This document shows, piece after piece, positions 47,610 through 58,180 of a stretch of DNA of 64,000 nucleotides. Position 1 is the first letter of the stretch; each line of letters opens with the position of its first letter. A model generated the notes under the pieces. That model was given only the letters and a program-made list of their open reading frames with translations, did no database searches and was not told the DNA's origin. Position numbers and translations under genes: made by a program. Source of the stretch: Dehalococcoidia bacterium (GTDB taxonomy: Bacteria > Chloroflexota > Dehalococcoidia > Bin125); contig OY820591.1 of the NCBI GenBank assembly GCA_963555985.3, positions 3,072,001 through 3,136,000 on the forward strand, given 5' to 3'.

Positions 47610-47656
47610 CCCAACCCAAACAGCCCCCTAATCTGGCGATAGAGGAGCACCCCCTC

Positions 47657-48313
47657 ATGGACATCGCCTGGTACGGTCACGCCGCCTTCCGACTGCGCGG
47701 ACGCGAAGCCGCCGTCGTCATGGACCCCTGCCCGCTCGAACAGACCGGCTTCAAACTCAACTTCCCCAGCGCCGATATCGTCACCATCTCCCGCACCGCC
47801 GACGCCGCTCACAACTGGTTCGACGGCGTCGAACTCGCCCCGGGCGGCTACCAGGGACCTCTTGACGCCCCCGGCGAATACGAGATCAAGCGCGTCCTCG
47901 CTACCGGCGTCAACACTCCCGGCCCCGACGGCGCCCGCAACGTTGCCTTCGTCATCACCATCGACGAAGTAATCGTCGCCCACCTCGGCGACCTCCGAGA
48001 CATGCCCACGCGCGCAGCGCTCGACGAGTTGCAGCGCGCCCATGTCTGCCTACTCCCCATCGGCGGCGCCGGACGCCATCTCTCACCCGCCGCCGCCGCT
48101 ACCGTCGCTACCGCTATCGGTGCCCGCCTGATCATCCCCATGCTCTACCAACCCGAAGGCGCAGAACTCGATACCGGCCTCGAACGCCTCGGTGCCTTCA
48201 CCCAAGAAATGGGCGTCTCGATCGATCCGCCCACCGACAACCACATCAACGTCACCCCCTCCAACCTCCCCGCCGCCGCCACCGTCGCCCCCCTCCTGGC
48301 CAGAGGATCCTAA
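47657..48313 (+). CDS. MBL-fold hydrolase-like protein with degenerate metal motif
   Basis: WYGHAAF, MDP, PGEYEI, HLGDL, LLPIGG, IIPMLY; GAGGAG RBS. Confidence 0.8.
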   Translation: MDIAWYGHAAFRLRGREAAVVMDPCPLEQTGFKLNFPSADIVTISRTADAAHNWFDGVELAPGGYQGPLDAPGEYEIKRVLATGVNTPGPDGARNVAFVITIDEVIVAHLGDLRDMPTRAALDELQRAHVCLLPIGGAGRHLSPAAAATVATAIGARLIIPMLYQPEGAELDTGLERLGAFTQEMGVSIDPPTDNHINVTPSNLPAAATVAPLLARGS

Positions 48314-48320
48314 ACCACGA

Positions 48321-48460
48321 TCTCCCCCTTGAGAGCCTGTCCCCGCGCAGGCGGGGAGGGAGATGCCGCAGGCAGAGGGGGTGAAGACGCCGCAGCCCTC
48401 TCTGCCACGCCACGTCTCACTCCCTCTGTCACGTAGAGCCTGCCCCCTACGAAGGCGCAG
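48321..48460. repeat. CTCTCCCC-type repeat cluster with AGCCTG modules
   Basis: TCTCCCCCTTGAG[AGCCTGTCCCCGCGCAGGCGGGG]AGGGAGATGCCGCAGGCAGAGGGGG and a second degenerate module near 48437. Confidence 0.7.
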
Positions 48461-48527
48461 CCTCAGAGAAGCAGCACCCACCCCGATAGCCTGTGCCCAA
48501 ACATGAACTCCCCAGGAAGAGACCCCC

Positions 48528-50432
48528 ATGCCCCAACAGTCGCAGCCTGAGCACGAGGTCGTCATCCAGCGCAACCGACGCATCCCCATGCGCGACGGTG
48601 TGGGGCTGGCGACTGATGTGTACCTGCCCGCCCGCAACGGCGAAGCGGTCGCGGGACCCTGGCCCACCCTGCTCACCCGCACTCCCTACGACAAGCTCGG
48701 TTTCGCCGCCGACGCCGAGTGGTGGGCGCGGCGCGGCTATGCCCGCATCATCCAGGACGTGCGCGGACGCTTCGCCAGCGAGGGCGACTTCTACCTGCTC
48801 AAGAACGAGGCCGAGGACGGCTACGACACGATCGAATGGCTCGCCCAACAGCCCTGGTCCGACGGCAAGGTCGGCACGATCGGCACTTCCTACATGGGCT
48901 GGGTCCAGAGCGCCGCCGCAACCCAAAACCCGCCTCATCTCGCCGCGATGTGGGTCAACCAGGGCGCGTTCAACGGCCTCACTTCGTCCCTCCGCCAGGG
49001 CGGAGCGCTGGAACTGCGCTGGCTCGCCTGGGCCTTCTGGAACGCCCCTGTCTCGCCCGAAGCTGCACAAAATCCTGCGCTCTACGCCGCCCTCGATCAA
49101 GCAGCCGTCGACCTGCGCGGCTGGCTCAACCGGCTGCCCTGGAAACCGGGCGCCACCCCGCTCGCGCTCACTCAGGACTACGAGCGCTGGGCGATCGACC
49201 TGCTCACCCAAGCCCGCGAGGACGACTGGCTCTGGCAACTGCCCTCAATGAACTTCGAGAAGTTCGTCGAGCAGACCGCCGACGTGCCCACGGTCTACTC
49301 CGGCGGCTGGTACGACAGCTACACCCGCGCCACGACCGAATCGTTCGCCGCCTTCGCCGCCGCCAAGTCGTCGCCCCAGTACCTCGTGATGGGTCCCTGG
49401 ACCCACGGCGAAGTCACTCTCGACCGCACCTGGTCGGGAGACGTCGATCTCGGCCCCAACGCGCCCACCAGCGGCAACCTGTCCAAAAGCGTCATTCACC
49501 ATCGACTCCAGTTCTTCGACCACGCCCTCAAGGGTCTCGACTCCGGCTGGGGCGAGGTCGCGCCCGTGCAGATCTTCGTCATGGGCGGCGGCAGCGGCCG
49601 CAAGATCGTCTCCGGCCGCATGGATCACGGCGGCGAGTGGCGCGACGAGCAGGAATGGCCGCTCGCCCGCGCCGAGACGGTCTCCTGGTATCTGCACCGC
49701 GACGGCAGCTTGCAAAGCGAAGCCGCGGGCGAGGACGGCGGCTCCTCCAGTTACCTATTCGACCCCAACGATCCAGTTCCCTCGATCTCGGCCAACGTCT
49801 CCTCCCTGCGCGAATACGCGCCCGAAGACCCGACCCTCAGGCAGCAGATCTGGCCGCCCACCCAACGCTCGCGCGAATTGATCATGCCGGGAGGCGCAGA
49901 CCAGCGCACCCGTCCCGACGTCATGGGCGCGGAACCGCCCTACCTCCCCACCGCCGCTCGAGGCGACGTGCTCTCCTTCCGCAGCGAACCGCTGGCCGAG
50001 GATGTCGAGGTCACCGGACCCGTCACCGTCCGCCTCTACGTCTCCACCGACGCCCCCGACACCGATTTCACCGCCGCCTTGCTCGACTGCTATCCCCCCA
50101 ACCCCGACTACCCCGAGGGCTACCATCTCCGCCTGACCGACAGCATCAAGCGCCTCCGCTTCCGCAACGGCTTCGACCACGAGCAGCTGGTTGCACCGGG
50201 GGAGATCGTCGAGGTCTCAATCGAGCTCTACCCGACCAGCAACCGCTTCGCCGCCGGCCATCAAATCGGCCTCGAACTCAGCAGCTCCAACTACCCCCGC
50301 TTCGACATCAACCCCAACACCGGAGAACCCATCGGCCAAGAAACCCACCGCCGCTCCGCCCTCAACACCATCCACCACAACCACGAACACCCCAGCCGCC
50401 TCGAACTCTCCGCAATCCCCGCACTAGACTGA
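48528..50432 (+). CDS. CocE/NonD family hydrolase
   Basis: MRDGVGL, RTPYDK, QDVRGRFASEG, GTSYMG nucleophile, GWYD, GPWTH, SSSNYPRFD. Confidence 0.93.
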   Translation: MPQQSQPEHEVVIQRNRRIPMRDGVGLATDVYLPARNGEAVAGPWPTLLTRTPYDKLGFAADAEWWARRGYARIIQDVRGRFASEGDFYLLKNEAEDGYDTIEWLAQQPWSDGKVGTIGTSYMGWVQSAAATQNPPHLAAMWVNQGAFNGLTSSLRQGGALELRWLAWAFWNAPVSPEAAQNPALYAALDQAAVDLRGWLNRLPWKPGATPLALTQDYERWAIDLLTQAREDDWLWQLPSMNFEKFVEQTADVPTVYSGGWYDSYTRATTESFAAFAAAKSSPQYLVMGPWTHGEVTLDRTWSGDVDLGPNAPTSGNLSKSVIHHRLQFFDHALKGLDSGWGEVAPVQIFVMGGGSGRKIVSGRMDHGGEWRDEQEWPLARAETVSWYLHRDGSLQSEAAGEDGGSSSYLFDPNDPVPSISANVSSLREYAPEDPTLRQQIWPPTQRSRELIMPGGADQRTRPDVMGAEPPYLPTAARGDVLSFRSEPLAEDVEVTGPVTVRLYVSTDAPDTDFTAALLDCYPPNPDYPEGYHLRLTDSIKRLRFRNGFDHEQLVAPGEIVEVSIELYPTSNRFAAGHQIGLELSSSNYPRFDINPNTGEPIGQETHRRSALNTIHHNHEHPSRLELSAIPALD

Positions 50433-50463
50433 GTGCGCCCTTTCCCACGAACCGCCACGCTCG

Positions 50464-50492
50464 TTGACAAGGCCCATCAAGCCCGATAAGGT
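50464..50492 (+). promoter_or_regulatory. sigma70-type promoter upstream of the NYN gene
   Basis: TTGACA-17 nt-TAAGGT. Confidence 0.65.
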
Positions 50493-50496
50493 GAGC

Positions 50497-50570
50497 GCAC
50501 CCCCCCTACCGGCTAGATGGTAGGGTCGAGGCCGCCGCACGACGGCGGCCTCTGTCTTTCCACAGGGTGC
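50497..50570 (+). ncRNA. putative structured leader / small RNA upstream of the NYN nuclease
   Basis: Stems CCCTACC/GGTAGGG and GAGGCCGCCG/CGGCGGCCTC followed by TGTCTTTC; closing stem GCACCC/GGGTGC. Confidence 0.5.
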
Positions 50571-50573
50571 ATA

Positions 50574-51203
50574 GTGATCACGAACGTCTACATTGACGGC
50601 TTCAATCTCTACTACCGCGCACTCAAAGACTCTCCTTTCAGATGGCTCGATCCGCGCAAACTGACGGAAGCGCTGTTCCCGCAAGACGAGATCAGACGGA
50701 TCTCCTACTTCACTGCCAACCTCCTTCCCCGCGTGGCAAACCCGGGCCAGACGCGCCGGCAGCAAACCTACTTGCGTGCGCTCAACACCTTGCCGGGACT
50801 TGAAATTCACTACGGATCGTTTCGCTCCGGCATCAAGCGTCGCCCGCTAGCGCAGCCGATACGGGGCATGCCGACCCACGTCGAGATCCTTGACTCGGAA
50901 GAGAAGGGTACAGACGTCAACCTGGCTACCCGCCTGCTGGTGGATGGGTTCAGGAGTGAATACGAGCAGGCCGTCGTCATCTCGAACGATGCCGATTTCG
51001 CCGCTGCAATGCGGTACGTGAAAGACGATCTTGGCTTGCGGGTCGTGCTCGTCAACCCCGACCGACACCGCAACAGCCCCAAGCAGTTGGCCGATGCAGC
51101 AACCTATGTGAAGAGACTCTGGAAGAGCCACCTGCGCCAAAGCCAGTTCCCGCCGACACTGACCGACCAAAAGGGCACCATCACCAAACCACAGGGCTGG
51201 TAA
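50574..51203 (+). CDS. NYN domain (PIN-fold) protein
   Basis: YIDGFNLYY, EEKGTDVNLA, ISNDADF. Confidence 0.9.
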   Translation: MITNVYIDGFNLYYRALKDSPFRWLDPRKLTEALFPQDEIRRISYFTANLLPRVANPGQTRRQQTYLRALNTLPGLEIHYGSFRSGIKRRPLAQPIRGMPTHVEILDSEEKGTDVNLATRLLVDGFRSEYEQAVVISNDADFAAAMRYVKDDLGLRVVLVNPDRHRNSPKQLADAATYVKRLWKSHLRQSQFPPTLTDQKGTITKPQGW

Positions 51204-51315
51204 TACGACCGAGAACGCGAGTACCGCCCGGAGTTGTCGGATTCCCCCGGCCCAATCATTGCTGCGTTCCGTCTCGGCAATCTCGAGGCGCAGACGAGGA
51301 CAGCGCCGCACATGG

Positions 51316-51346
51316 CGTCGTACTCGCGGCAAGCGCAGGTACGACG
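51316..51346. repeat. degenerate CGTC-type hairpin
   Basis: CGTCGTACTCGCGGCAAGCGCAGGTACGACG. Confidence 0.6.
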
Positions 51347-51411
51347 GAAACCTAGCGCCCGCCAATCTGCACAGACCCGAAGACCCAACACGCCCTGAGT
51401 ATCATGGGGAC

Positions 51412-51846
51412 ATGACTGAGATTCGATCAGGCGCAGATCTGGAACGAGCCGTCGCACGAGCCGGCGAGGCGCTCGGGTTGGACGTTGAGACCCAGGTCGT
51501 CATGGGCGACCGCATCTGGGGACCGCGACGCCGCGTCGACGTGGTACTCAGCAAGCCGGATTCTGAGCGCATGATCGGAATCGACTGTAAATTTCAGCGA
51601 GTCGGCGGGAGCGCCGAGGAGAAGATTCCGCTGACTGTGGAGGACATAGAAGACTGGCCAATCCGGGGAATCGTGGTGCTCCACGGAGAAGGCTTCTCAC
51701 GGGACTTCAAGCCATTTCTAAAAGGTCGCGGGCGGATCGTCGAATTCAAGCGGCTCCTGGAATGGTTGCGCTTCTACTTCCGACTGCCACGCGAGCAGGC
51801 AGAACAAGCGGAGATGCTGCTCAACAGAGAACTTCAGGCTGTCTGA
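51412..51846 (+). CDS. small PD-(D/E)XK nuclease, putative restriction endonuclease
   Basis: VDVVL...IDCKFQRVGGSAEEKIP; adjacent to a Dam-type methyltransferase. Confidence 0.75.
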   Translation: MTEIRSGADLERAVARAGEALGLDVETQVVMGDRIWGPRRRVDVVLSKPDSERMIGIDCKFQRVGGSAEEKIPLTVEDIEDWPIRGIVVLHGEGFSRDFKPFLKGRGRIVEFKRLLEWLRFYFRLPREQAEQAEMLLNRELQAV

Positions 51847-52664
51847 ATCAAATACTCCGACACAACCCCCCGACCACTCACATCCGCATTAATCGCCCGG
51901 CGAGCCGCAACCTCCGACATCTCAAACGCGCCACCCGCGTACAGACCCGCCACCGCCGGGTGACCCGAATTCGACAGCGTCACCGCCGCCCCCCGGCGCG
52001 CCAGCCGAGCGGCCGTCGCCGCCAACCGGCGCTGCTCCTCCGCCCCGAACTCCGACTTCGTATACGCCGTGAAATTCGCCGTCTCGCTCAGCGGCACATA
52101 CGGCGGATCGAAATACACAAAATCGCCCGACCCTGCCTCGCTTGGCGCCTCGGCGAAATCCGACACCCGCAACTCAACCCCTTGCAGCGCCTCCGACACC
52201 GCCCGCAAATTCGCCTCGGCGCAGATCGTCGGATTCGTGTAGCGGCCGTGAGGAACGTTGAACTCGCCCCGGCTGTTCACCCGATACAGCCCGTTGAAGC
52301 AGGTCTTGTTCAGAAAAATCATCCGCGCCGCCAGACCGACCTCGCAGGTCAGACGCTTGCGCCGAATCGCGTAGTAATAGTCGGCGCGGACGGGGCTGGC
52401 GCGGTACTTGCGCTGGTGGATATTGAGGACGTGGATCAGCTCCTCAACGTTGTCCCGCACCTGCCGCCAAGTGACGATCAGCTCCTCGTTGCTATCCGAG
52501 AGCACAGCGCGTTGAAAACGCCCCTCGTTCCGCAGCGCGAAGAACAGCGCCCCGCCGCCCAGAAACGGCTCGTAATAGGTCGCAATCCGCTCCGGCGCAG
52601 CCTCAAGCAGCTTCGGCAGCAGCGCCGTCTTACCGCCCGCCCACTTCAGAAACGGACGCGCCAT
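51834..52664 (-). CDS. dam: DNA adenine methyltransferase (Dam/D12 class)
   Basis: PFLKWAGGK, EPFLGGGA, CFNGLYRVN, FNVP, DPPY, LSNS. Confidence 0.92.
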   Translation of the reverse strand: MARPFLKWAGGKTALLPKLLEAAPERIATYYEPFLGGGALFFALRNEGRFQRAVLSDSNEELIVTWRQVRDNVEELIHVLNIHQRKYRASPVRADYYYAIRRKRLTCEVGLAARMIFLNKTCFNGLYRVNSRGEFNVPHGRYTNPTICAEANLRAVSEALQGVELRVSDFAEAPSEAGSGDFVYFDPPYVPLSETANFTAYTKSEFGAEEQRRLAATAARLARRGAAVTLSNSGHPAVAGLYAGGAFEMSEVAARRAINADVSGRGVVSEYLIQTA

Positions 52665-52665
52665 C

Positions 52666-53232
52666 TCAACCGCCCGCCTGCGCCATTGCGCGCTCAATCG
52701 CACGATCAATCCGCGTCATCAACAACTCCGCCCGCGACTCGAACATGTGCCGAACCCAATCGATCCGCCAGCGCTGGTCAAGCGACAGCAGGCCCTCAGC
52801 CAACGCCGTCTCTACCTCGTCCTCATCCTCGATTCGCACCTCGCCGTCGGGAAAGATGATCGCATCGAGCAGCAGATCGTGAAACTCCACACGCTCGCCG
52901 TCGCAGATCACGCGGTCGATCACGTCGAGCCGATAGACCCGCAAACTCCCGTCAGGCCGGTGCAAGCGATACGCGCCATAAGGCAGATGCGGCCACCAGA
53001 CTCCCCAACTCGTAAACCCGCTCGCACCCGGATAGCGCGCCATCGCCAGCGGATCCGCATCCGCAACCCAGCGCCCCACGATCAGCTCCGGGCTGACCAG
53101 CCAGCGTTCGAGAGGGAACTCCTTGATCCCGCCGTCAAGCGCGACTTTGCGCTCCATCAGGCGTCCGGGGGGCGCAACCAGCGCGGGCGCCGCCGGGCTT
53201 GCGGAGGGCAAGGTATCGATGCTCTCGCTCAT
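52666..53232 (-). CDS. DUF402-like domain protein
   Basis: YRLDVID...FHDLLLDAII.PDG..IEDEDE pattern. Confidence 0.65.
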   Translation of the reverse strand: MSESIDTLPSASPAAPALVAPPGRLMERKVALDGGIKEFPLERWLVSPELIVGRWVADADPLAMARYPGASGFTSWGVWWPHLPYGAYRLHRPDGSLRVYRLDVIDRVICDGERVEFHDLLLDAIIFPDGEVRIEDEDEVETALAEGLLSLDQRWRIDWVRHMFESRAELLMTRIDRAIERAMAQAGG

Positions 53233-53388
53233 GCGCGCAGGGTAACCGCGCAATGACAGAAATGGCGGCGTGCGGTCGTGTGGCGCTATGTCTGATCGTG
53301 ATACATTGGCTGACGGGTTTGGTGGGGTGTTCCCGTCTCGCTCGTTGGACTTGAGGATGCTTGTCCGCCGTGGCTGTGAGCCTGCTGA

Positions 53389-54705
<1,317 letters not shown>

Positions 54706-54741
54706 AGCCAACCCTCGAACCACTTCCCCTCCCCCTACTTC

Positions 54742-54866
54742 CGTCATACCCGCGCCCCGTCGCGGAGCCTACCCCTGGCCTGAACAGGGGTATCTCGCCG
54801 TGGCCAGCACCCAACTCCAAAAGGCTCCGTCATACCCGCGCTTGCCGCGGGTATCTCGATGTGAGC
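54742..54866. repeat. two CGTC-type repeats, the first with an AGCCT module
   Basis: CGTCATACCCGCG...CGCGG[AGCCTACCCCTGGCCTGAACAGGG]GTATCTCG and CGTCATACCCGCGCTTGCCGCGGGTATCTCG. Confidence 0.85.
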
Positions 54867-54979
54867 ACTACCAACCACCCCAAACCGACAACCACAACAC
54901 ACCCAACCAACTTGCAAACCGAACATCCATCCAGATAAGCTCAAGAGTCCTTCATTCCCCAAGAAAGGAACACCCCGCC

Positions 54980-55360
54980 ATGCCCTTCCCCCACACCTAC
55001 CAATCCTCCATGACCGGCGTCGGCCAACTCGCCCACTCCGACGAAGCCGGACACGTCCGCATCAAAGCGCTCGCCCTCCTCATCCGCGAACTCTCCCCCT
55101 CCAACGCCAAGACCCGCGAGATCCACCACGCCCTCGACATCCCACCCCACCCCGAACCCGCGCCCAAACCCCAAGCCAACCACTCCCCCCGCCTGCCCGA
55201 AGCTCCGCTCACCGCCGAGCAGAAGAAGGACTTCCACCTCCACCCGGACCAGGACGAGTTCTTCAAAGCCTACGAAAGGATCGACGCCATCATGCGCGGT
55301 GAAGATGTACCCCTCAGCGAGGACGAGCAAAGCGCCGAAGAAGAGGAAGAGCCGCAGTAA
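54980..55360 (+). CDS. hypothetical protein
   Basis: AAAGGAA RBS, candidate promoter upstream (TTGCAA...TAAGCT), T-run downstream. Confidence 0.55.
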   Translation: MPFPHTYQSSMTGVGQLAHSDEAGHVRIKALALLIRELSPSNAKTREIHHALDIPPHPEPAPKPQANHSPRLPEAPLTAEQKKDFHLHPDQDEFFKAYERIDAIMRGEDVPLSEDEQSAEEEEEPQ

Positions 55361-55452
55361 TCCCCCGACCGCAAGCGGCGACCCCCTCGTTTTTTTCTCA
55401 CAGCCCCGTCAGGCCGCGAACCGCGACCACCCAGTCCCTACCGTGCCTTAAA

Positions 55453-55524
55453 CCCTCTCCCCCCTCTGCGGGGGGAGAGGTCCCGTAGAGCCTGCCCCCG
55501 CGAAGGCGGGGGACAGAGGGGGGG
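55453..55524. repeat. CTCTCCCC-type repeat with AGCCTG module
   Basis: CCCTCTCCCCCCTCTGCGGGGGGAGAGGTCCCGTAG[AGCCTGCCCCCGCGAAGGCGGGG]GACAGAGGGG. Confidence 0.8.
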
Positions 55525-55582
55525 CTACTCACCTATCCACCAACATTCCCCGCCTAGACTGCGCAAAGAGCAAAGTGCAGAC

Positions 55583-56116
55583 ATGTCCGAAACCGTCATC
55601 TCCATCCTCGTCACCCTCCACGTCTTCGCCGTCGCCGTCTGGCTGGGCGGACAGATCGTTACCGCCGCCTGCGTCGTCCCCGCCCTTCGCGCCGTTGGCG
55701 ACCGCACGCTTTGGCTCGATGCGCTTGAAGGCTTTACCCAGCGCTTCGGGCGGGTGGGGATCGCCGCGATGCTCATCATCGTGATCACCGGCGGCGCAAT
55801 GGTCGATCCCCGCCTCGACCAGGCCCAAAACTTCGGCGACGGCTTCTACGACGCTCGCTGGGGCATCATCTTCGTCGTCAAAATGGCGCTCTGGGCGGTC
55901 ATGATCGCCCTAATCGGGCTGCACCAATTCGTGTTCGGCCCGCGCCAACTCGAATTGGCGCGTGAGACCGCGAACGCCGAGCAAGACACGCCCGAGCTGC
56001 GCCGTGTGCGTCTGCTCACGATCGCGCTCTCGATTCTGGGGCTGCTCTTCACGCTCGCGGTCGCAGGCGCGGGAGCCTTCCTCGGCAACCACAACTTCTC
56101 GATGAACGCCGCCTGA
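55583..56116 (+). CDS. CopD-like membrane protein
   Basis: LHVFAVAVWLGG, ITG, K followed by H in a TM helix; four hydrophobic segments. Confidence 0.7.
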   Translation: MSETVISILVTLHVFAVAVWLGGQIVTAACVVPALRAVGDRTLWLDALEGFTQRFGRVGIAAMLIIVITGGAMVDPRLDQAQNFGDGFYDARWGIIFVVKMALWAVMIALIGLHQFVFGPRQLELARETANAEQDTPELRRVRLLTIALSILGLLFTLAVAGAGAFLGNHNFSMNAA

Positions 56117-57060
56117 TGACGCAACTCAGCCTCCGCGCTGGCTTGGCCGCAATCGCTCTCGCTCTGGCCTGCCTGCTCTGGAGCGGCACGCACAGTCCGG
56201 CATCGGCCCAGGTCGAGACCGTCACGGCGCGCATCGCCGTGCGGGCGGCCTCGCCCCAGGTGCTCGAACTCTGCCTCGATCTGGGCGAACCGGCGGAACG
56301 TCTCTGCCCCGAGCAGCGCCGCTTCGCCCATGCCGGAGTCCCGCTCCAGCGTTGGTATCAGTCGGAGCGAGTCTGGATCGATGCGCAAAGCGCGGCCCGG
56401 ATCCGGGTGCGCCGAATCCGCGAAGATCGGATTGAGTTCGCGCTGCTGCTCGAGACAGCGGGCGAGCGGGAGTTGCTGACGCCGGCTCAGCGTTACCTCA
56501 CTCCCAGCCGCCTGAGAACAGGACGTTGGGTGCGCAGCTCCCCGGTCGAGCTCGTCTTGCTGGCGCCCGCCGCTCCGATTCCGGCAATTCCGGGAGCAGG
56601 CGTACCGGAAGGCGCGCCGGCGCTCGAACTGGGCCGGCGCGCGACCAACTTCTCGCTGCCCAGCCTGGACGACGAAACGGAACTGATCGAATTCGCCGAC
56701 TATTACCTGCGCACCCCCAACGCCGTCACCGTGATCATCTTCTGGAGCTCCTGGAGTCCGAACGATTCGATCACACTCACAGCGCTCAACCAAATCCAGA
56801 GCGAGCAGAACAACGTGCGCGTGCTCGGCGTCAACATCTACGACCAGCCAGGCGACGCGCGAGCCCTCGCCAACTGGCTCGAACTCGAATTCACAAACGT
56901 CCGCGACGCCACCGGCGGAGTCGCAGCCCACTACCTCATCGGCGGCCTGCCGGAGCTGTACTTCGTGGATGCGCGGGGGATCTATCGCGCGCTCGTGCAG
57001 GGAGCCGCGCCGACGGAGATGATTCAGGCGGCGATCGATCAGACGGCGGCTGCGCGCTGA
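56116..57060 (+). CDS. secreted TlpA/redoxin-fold protein without CxxC, with two N-terminal repeat domains
   Basis: Signal peptide; ATNFSLPSLD, IFWSSWSPND, VLGVN, GLPELYFVD. Confidence 0.75.
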   Translation: MTQLSLRAGLAAIALALACLLWSGTHSPASAQVETVTARIAVRAASPQVLELCLDLGEPAERLCPEQRRFAHAGVPLQRWYQSERVWIDAQSAARIRVRRIREDRIEFALLLETAGERELLTPAQRYLTPSRLRTGRWVRSSPVELVLLAPAAPIPAIPGAGVPEGAPALELGRRATNFSLPSLDDETELIEFADYYLRTPNAVTVIIFWSSWSPNDSITLTALNQIQSEQNNVRVLGVNIYDQPGDARALANWLELEFTNVRDATGGVAAHYLIGGLPELYFVDARGIYRALVQGAAPTEMIQAAIDQTAAAR

Positions 57061-57156
57061 GGAGGCCTCTGCAAAACTCTCCCGTCGCGGCAATGACGGA
57101 TCACGCGAACAGGCTCTAACCTCTCAGAGACAGCAATCAGCGGAGGGAGCAACGAG

Positions 57157-58047
57157 ATGCCCGAATACGAAGACATCCTCTACGAAACCAAGGGACGCCT
57201 GGGCATTGTCACGCTCAACCGCCCCGAGAAGATGAACGCGCTCAGCCACCGCCTGCGCTCGGAACTCTTCGACGCGCTCAAGGAGGCCGAGAACGACGAC
57301 GGCGTGCATGTCGTGATCATTCGCGGCGCGGGACGCACCTTCTCGGCCGGCTATGACATCACCCCGGTCCCCAACCTGTCCGAGTCGGAGTACCTCGACC
57401 TCCGCTCCGGTCTGCCCGACGTGGGCCCAATTCATCCCGGTCAGGGTCAGTGGCCCCAGCATCTGCTCTCCGGCTACTGGCAGATCTGGGAACTGGCCAA
57501 GCCCGTCATCGCCCAGGTCCACGGCTACGCGCTCGCTGGCGGCTCCGAACTGGCCTCGATGTGCGACCTGATGTACGTCGCCGAGGATGCGATCATCGGC
57601 TACCCGCCCGTGCGCGCCATGACGACGGTGGACATTCTCTACCACCCCTGGCACATGGGAATGCGCAAGGCCCGCGAGCTCTGCTACACCGGCGACTCGG
57701 TGACGGGGCTGGAGGCGGTCGAGCTGGGCTGGGCCAACCGCGCCTTCCCAGTCGACCAACTCGCCGAAGAGACCGAGCGCATGGGCGAGCGAATCGCCAA
57801 CATCGCCCCGGACATGGTGATGATGTCCAAGCGCGGCCTCAACCGCGCCTACGAGGTGATGGGCTTCCGCACCGCCCTCCAGGTCGGCGCGGACATCCAG
57901 GCCCTCTCCACCTTCCGCAAGTCCGCCGGCGAGTTCGGCCGCATCGCCCAGCAAAAGGGCCTCAAAGCCGCCCTCGACTGGCGCGACGGCCCCTTCCAGG
58001 ACTACGGCGCCTCCCGCACCCGTCCCTCAGCGCCGAAGAACGCCTAG
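57157..58047 (+). CDS. enoyl-CoA hydratase/isomerase family protein
   Basis: TLNRPEKMNAL, FSAGYD, KPVIAQVHGYALAGG. Confidence 0.92.
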   Translation: MPEYEDILYETKGRLGIVTLNRPEKMNALSHRLRSELFDALKEAENDDGVHVVIIRGAGRTFSAGYDITPVPNLSESEYLDLRSGLPDVGPIHPGQGQWPQHLLSGYWQIWELAKPVIAQVHGYALAGGSELASMCDLMYVAEDAIIGYPPVRAMTTVDILYHPWHMGMRKARELCYTGDSVTGLEAVELGWANRAFPVDQLAEETERMGERIANIAPDMVMMSKRGLNRAYEVMGFRTALQVGADIQALSTFRKSAGEFGRIAQQKGLKAALDWRDGPFQDYGASRTRPSAPKNA

Positions 58048-58054
58048 CGCAATG

Positions 58055-58126
58055 CTCTCCCCCCGCACTGCGGGGGGAGATGCCCCAAAGAGCCTGCCCC
58101 CGCGAAGGCGGGGGGGCAGAGGGGGG
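58055..58126. repeat. CTCTCCCC-type repeat with AGCCTG module
   Basis: Same layout as 46280 plus inserted AGCCTGCCCCCGCGAAGGCGGGG. Confidence 0.8.
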
Positions 58127-58180
58127 TCCGGCCCAACGCCCACCAAACACGCCTGCCACTCCCCGTCATTCCCGCGAAGG

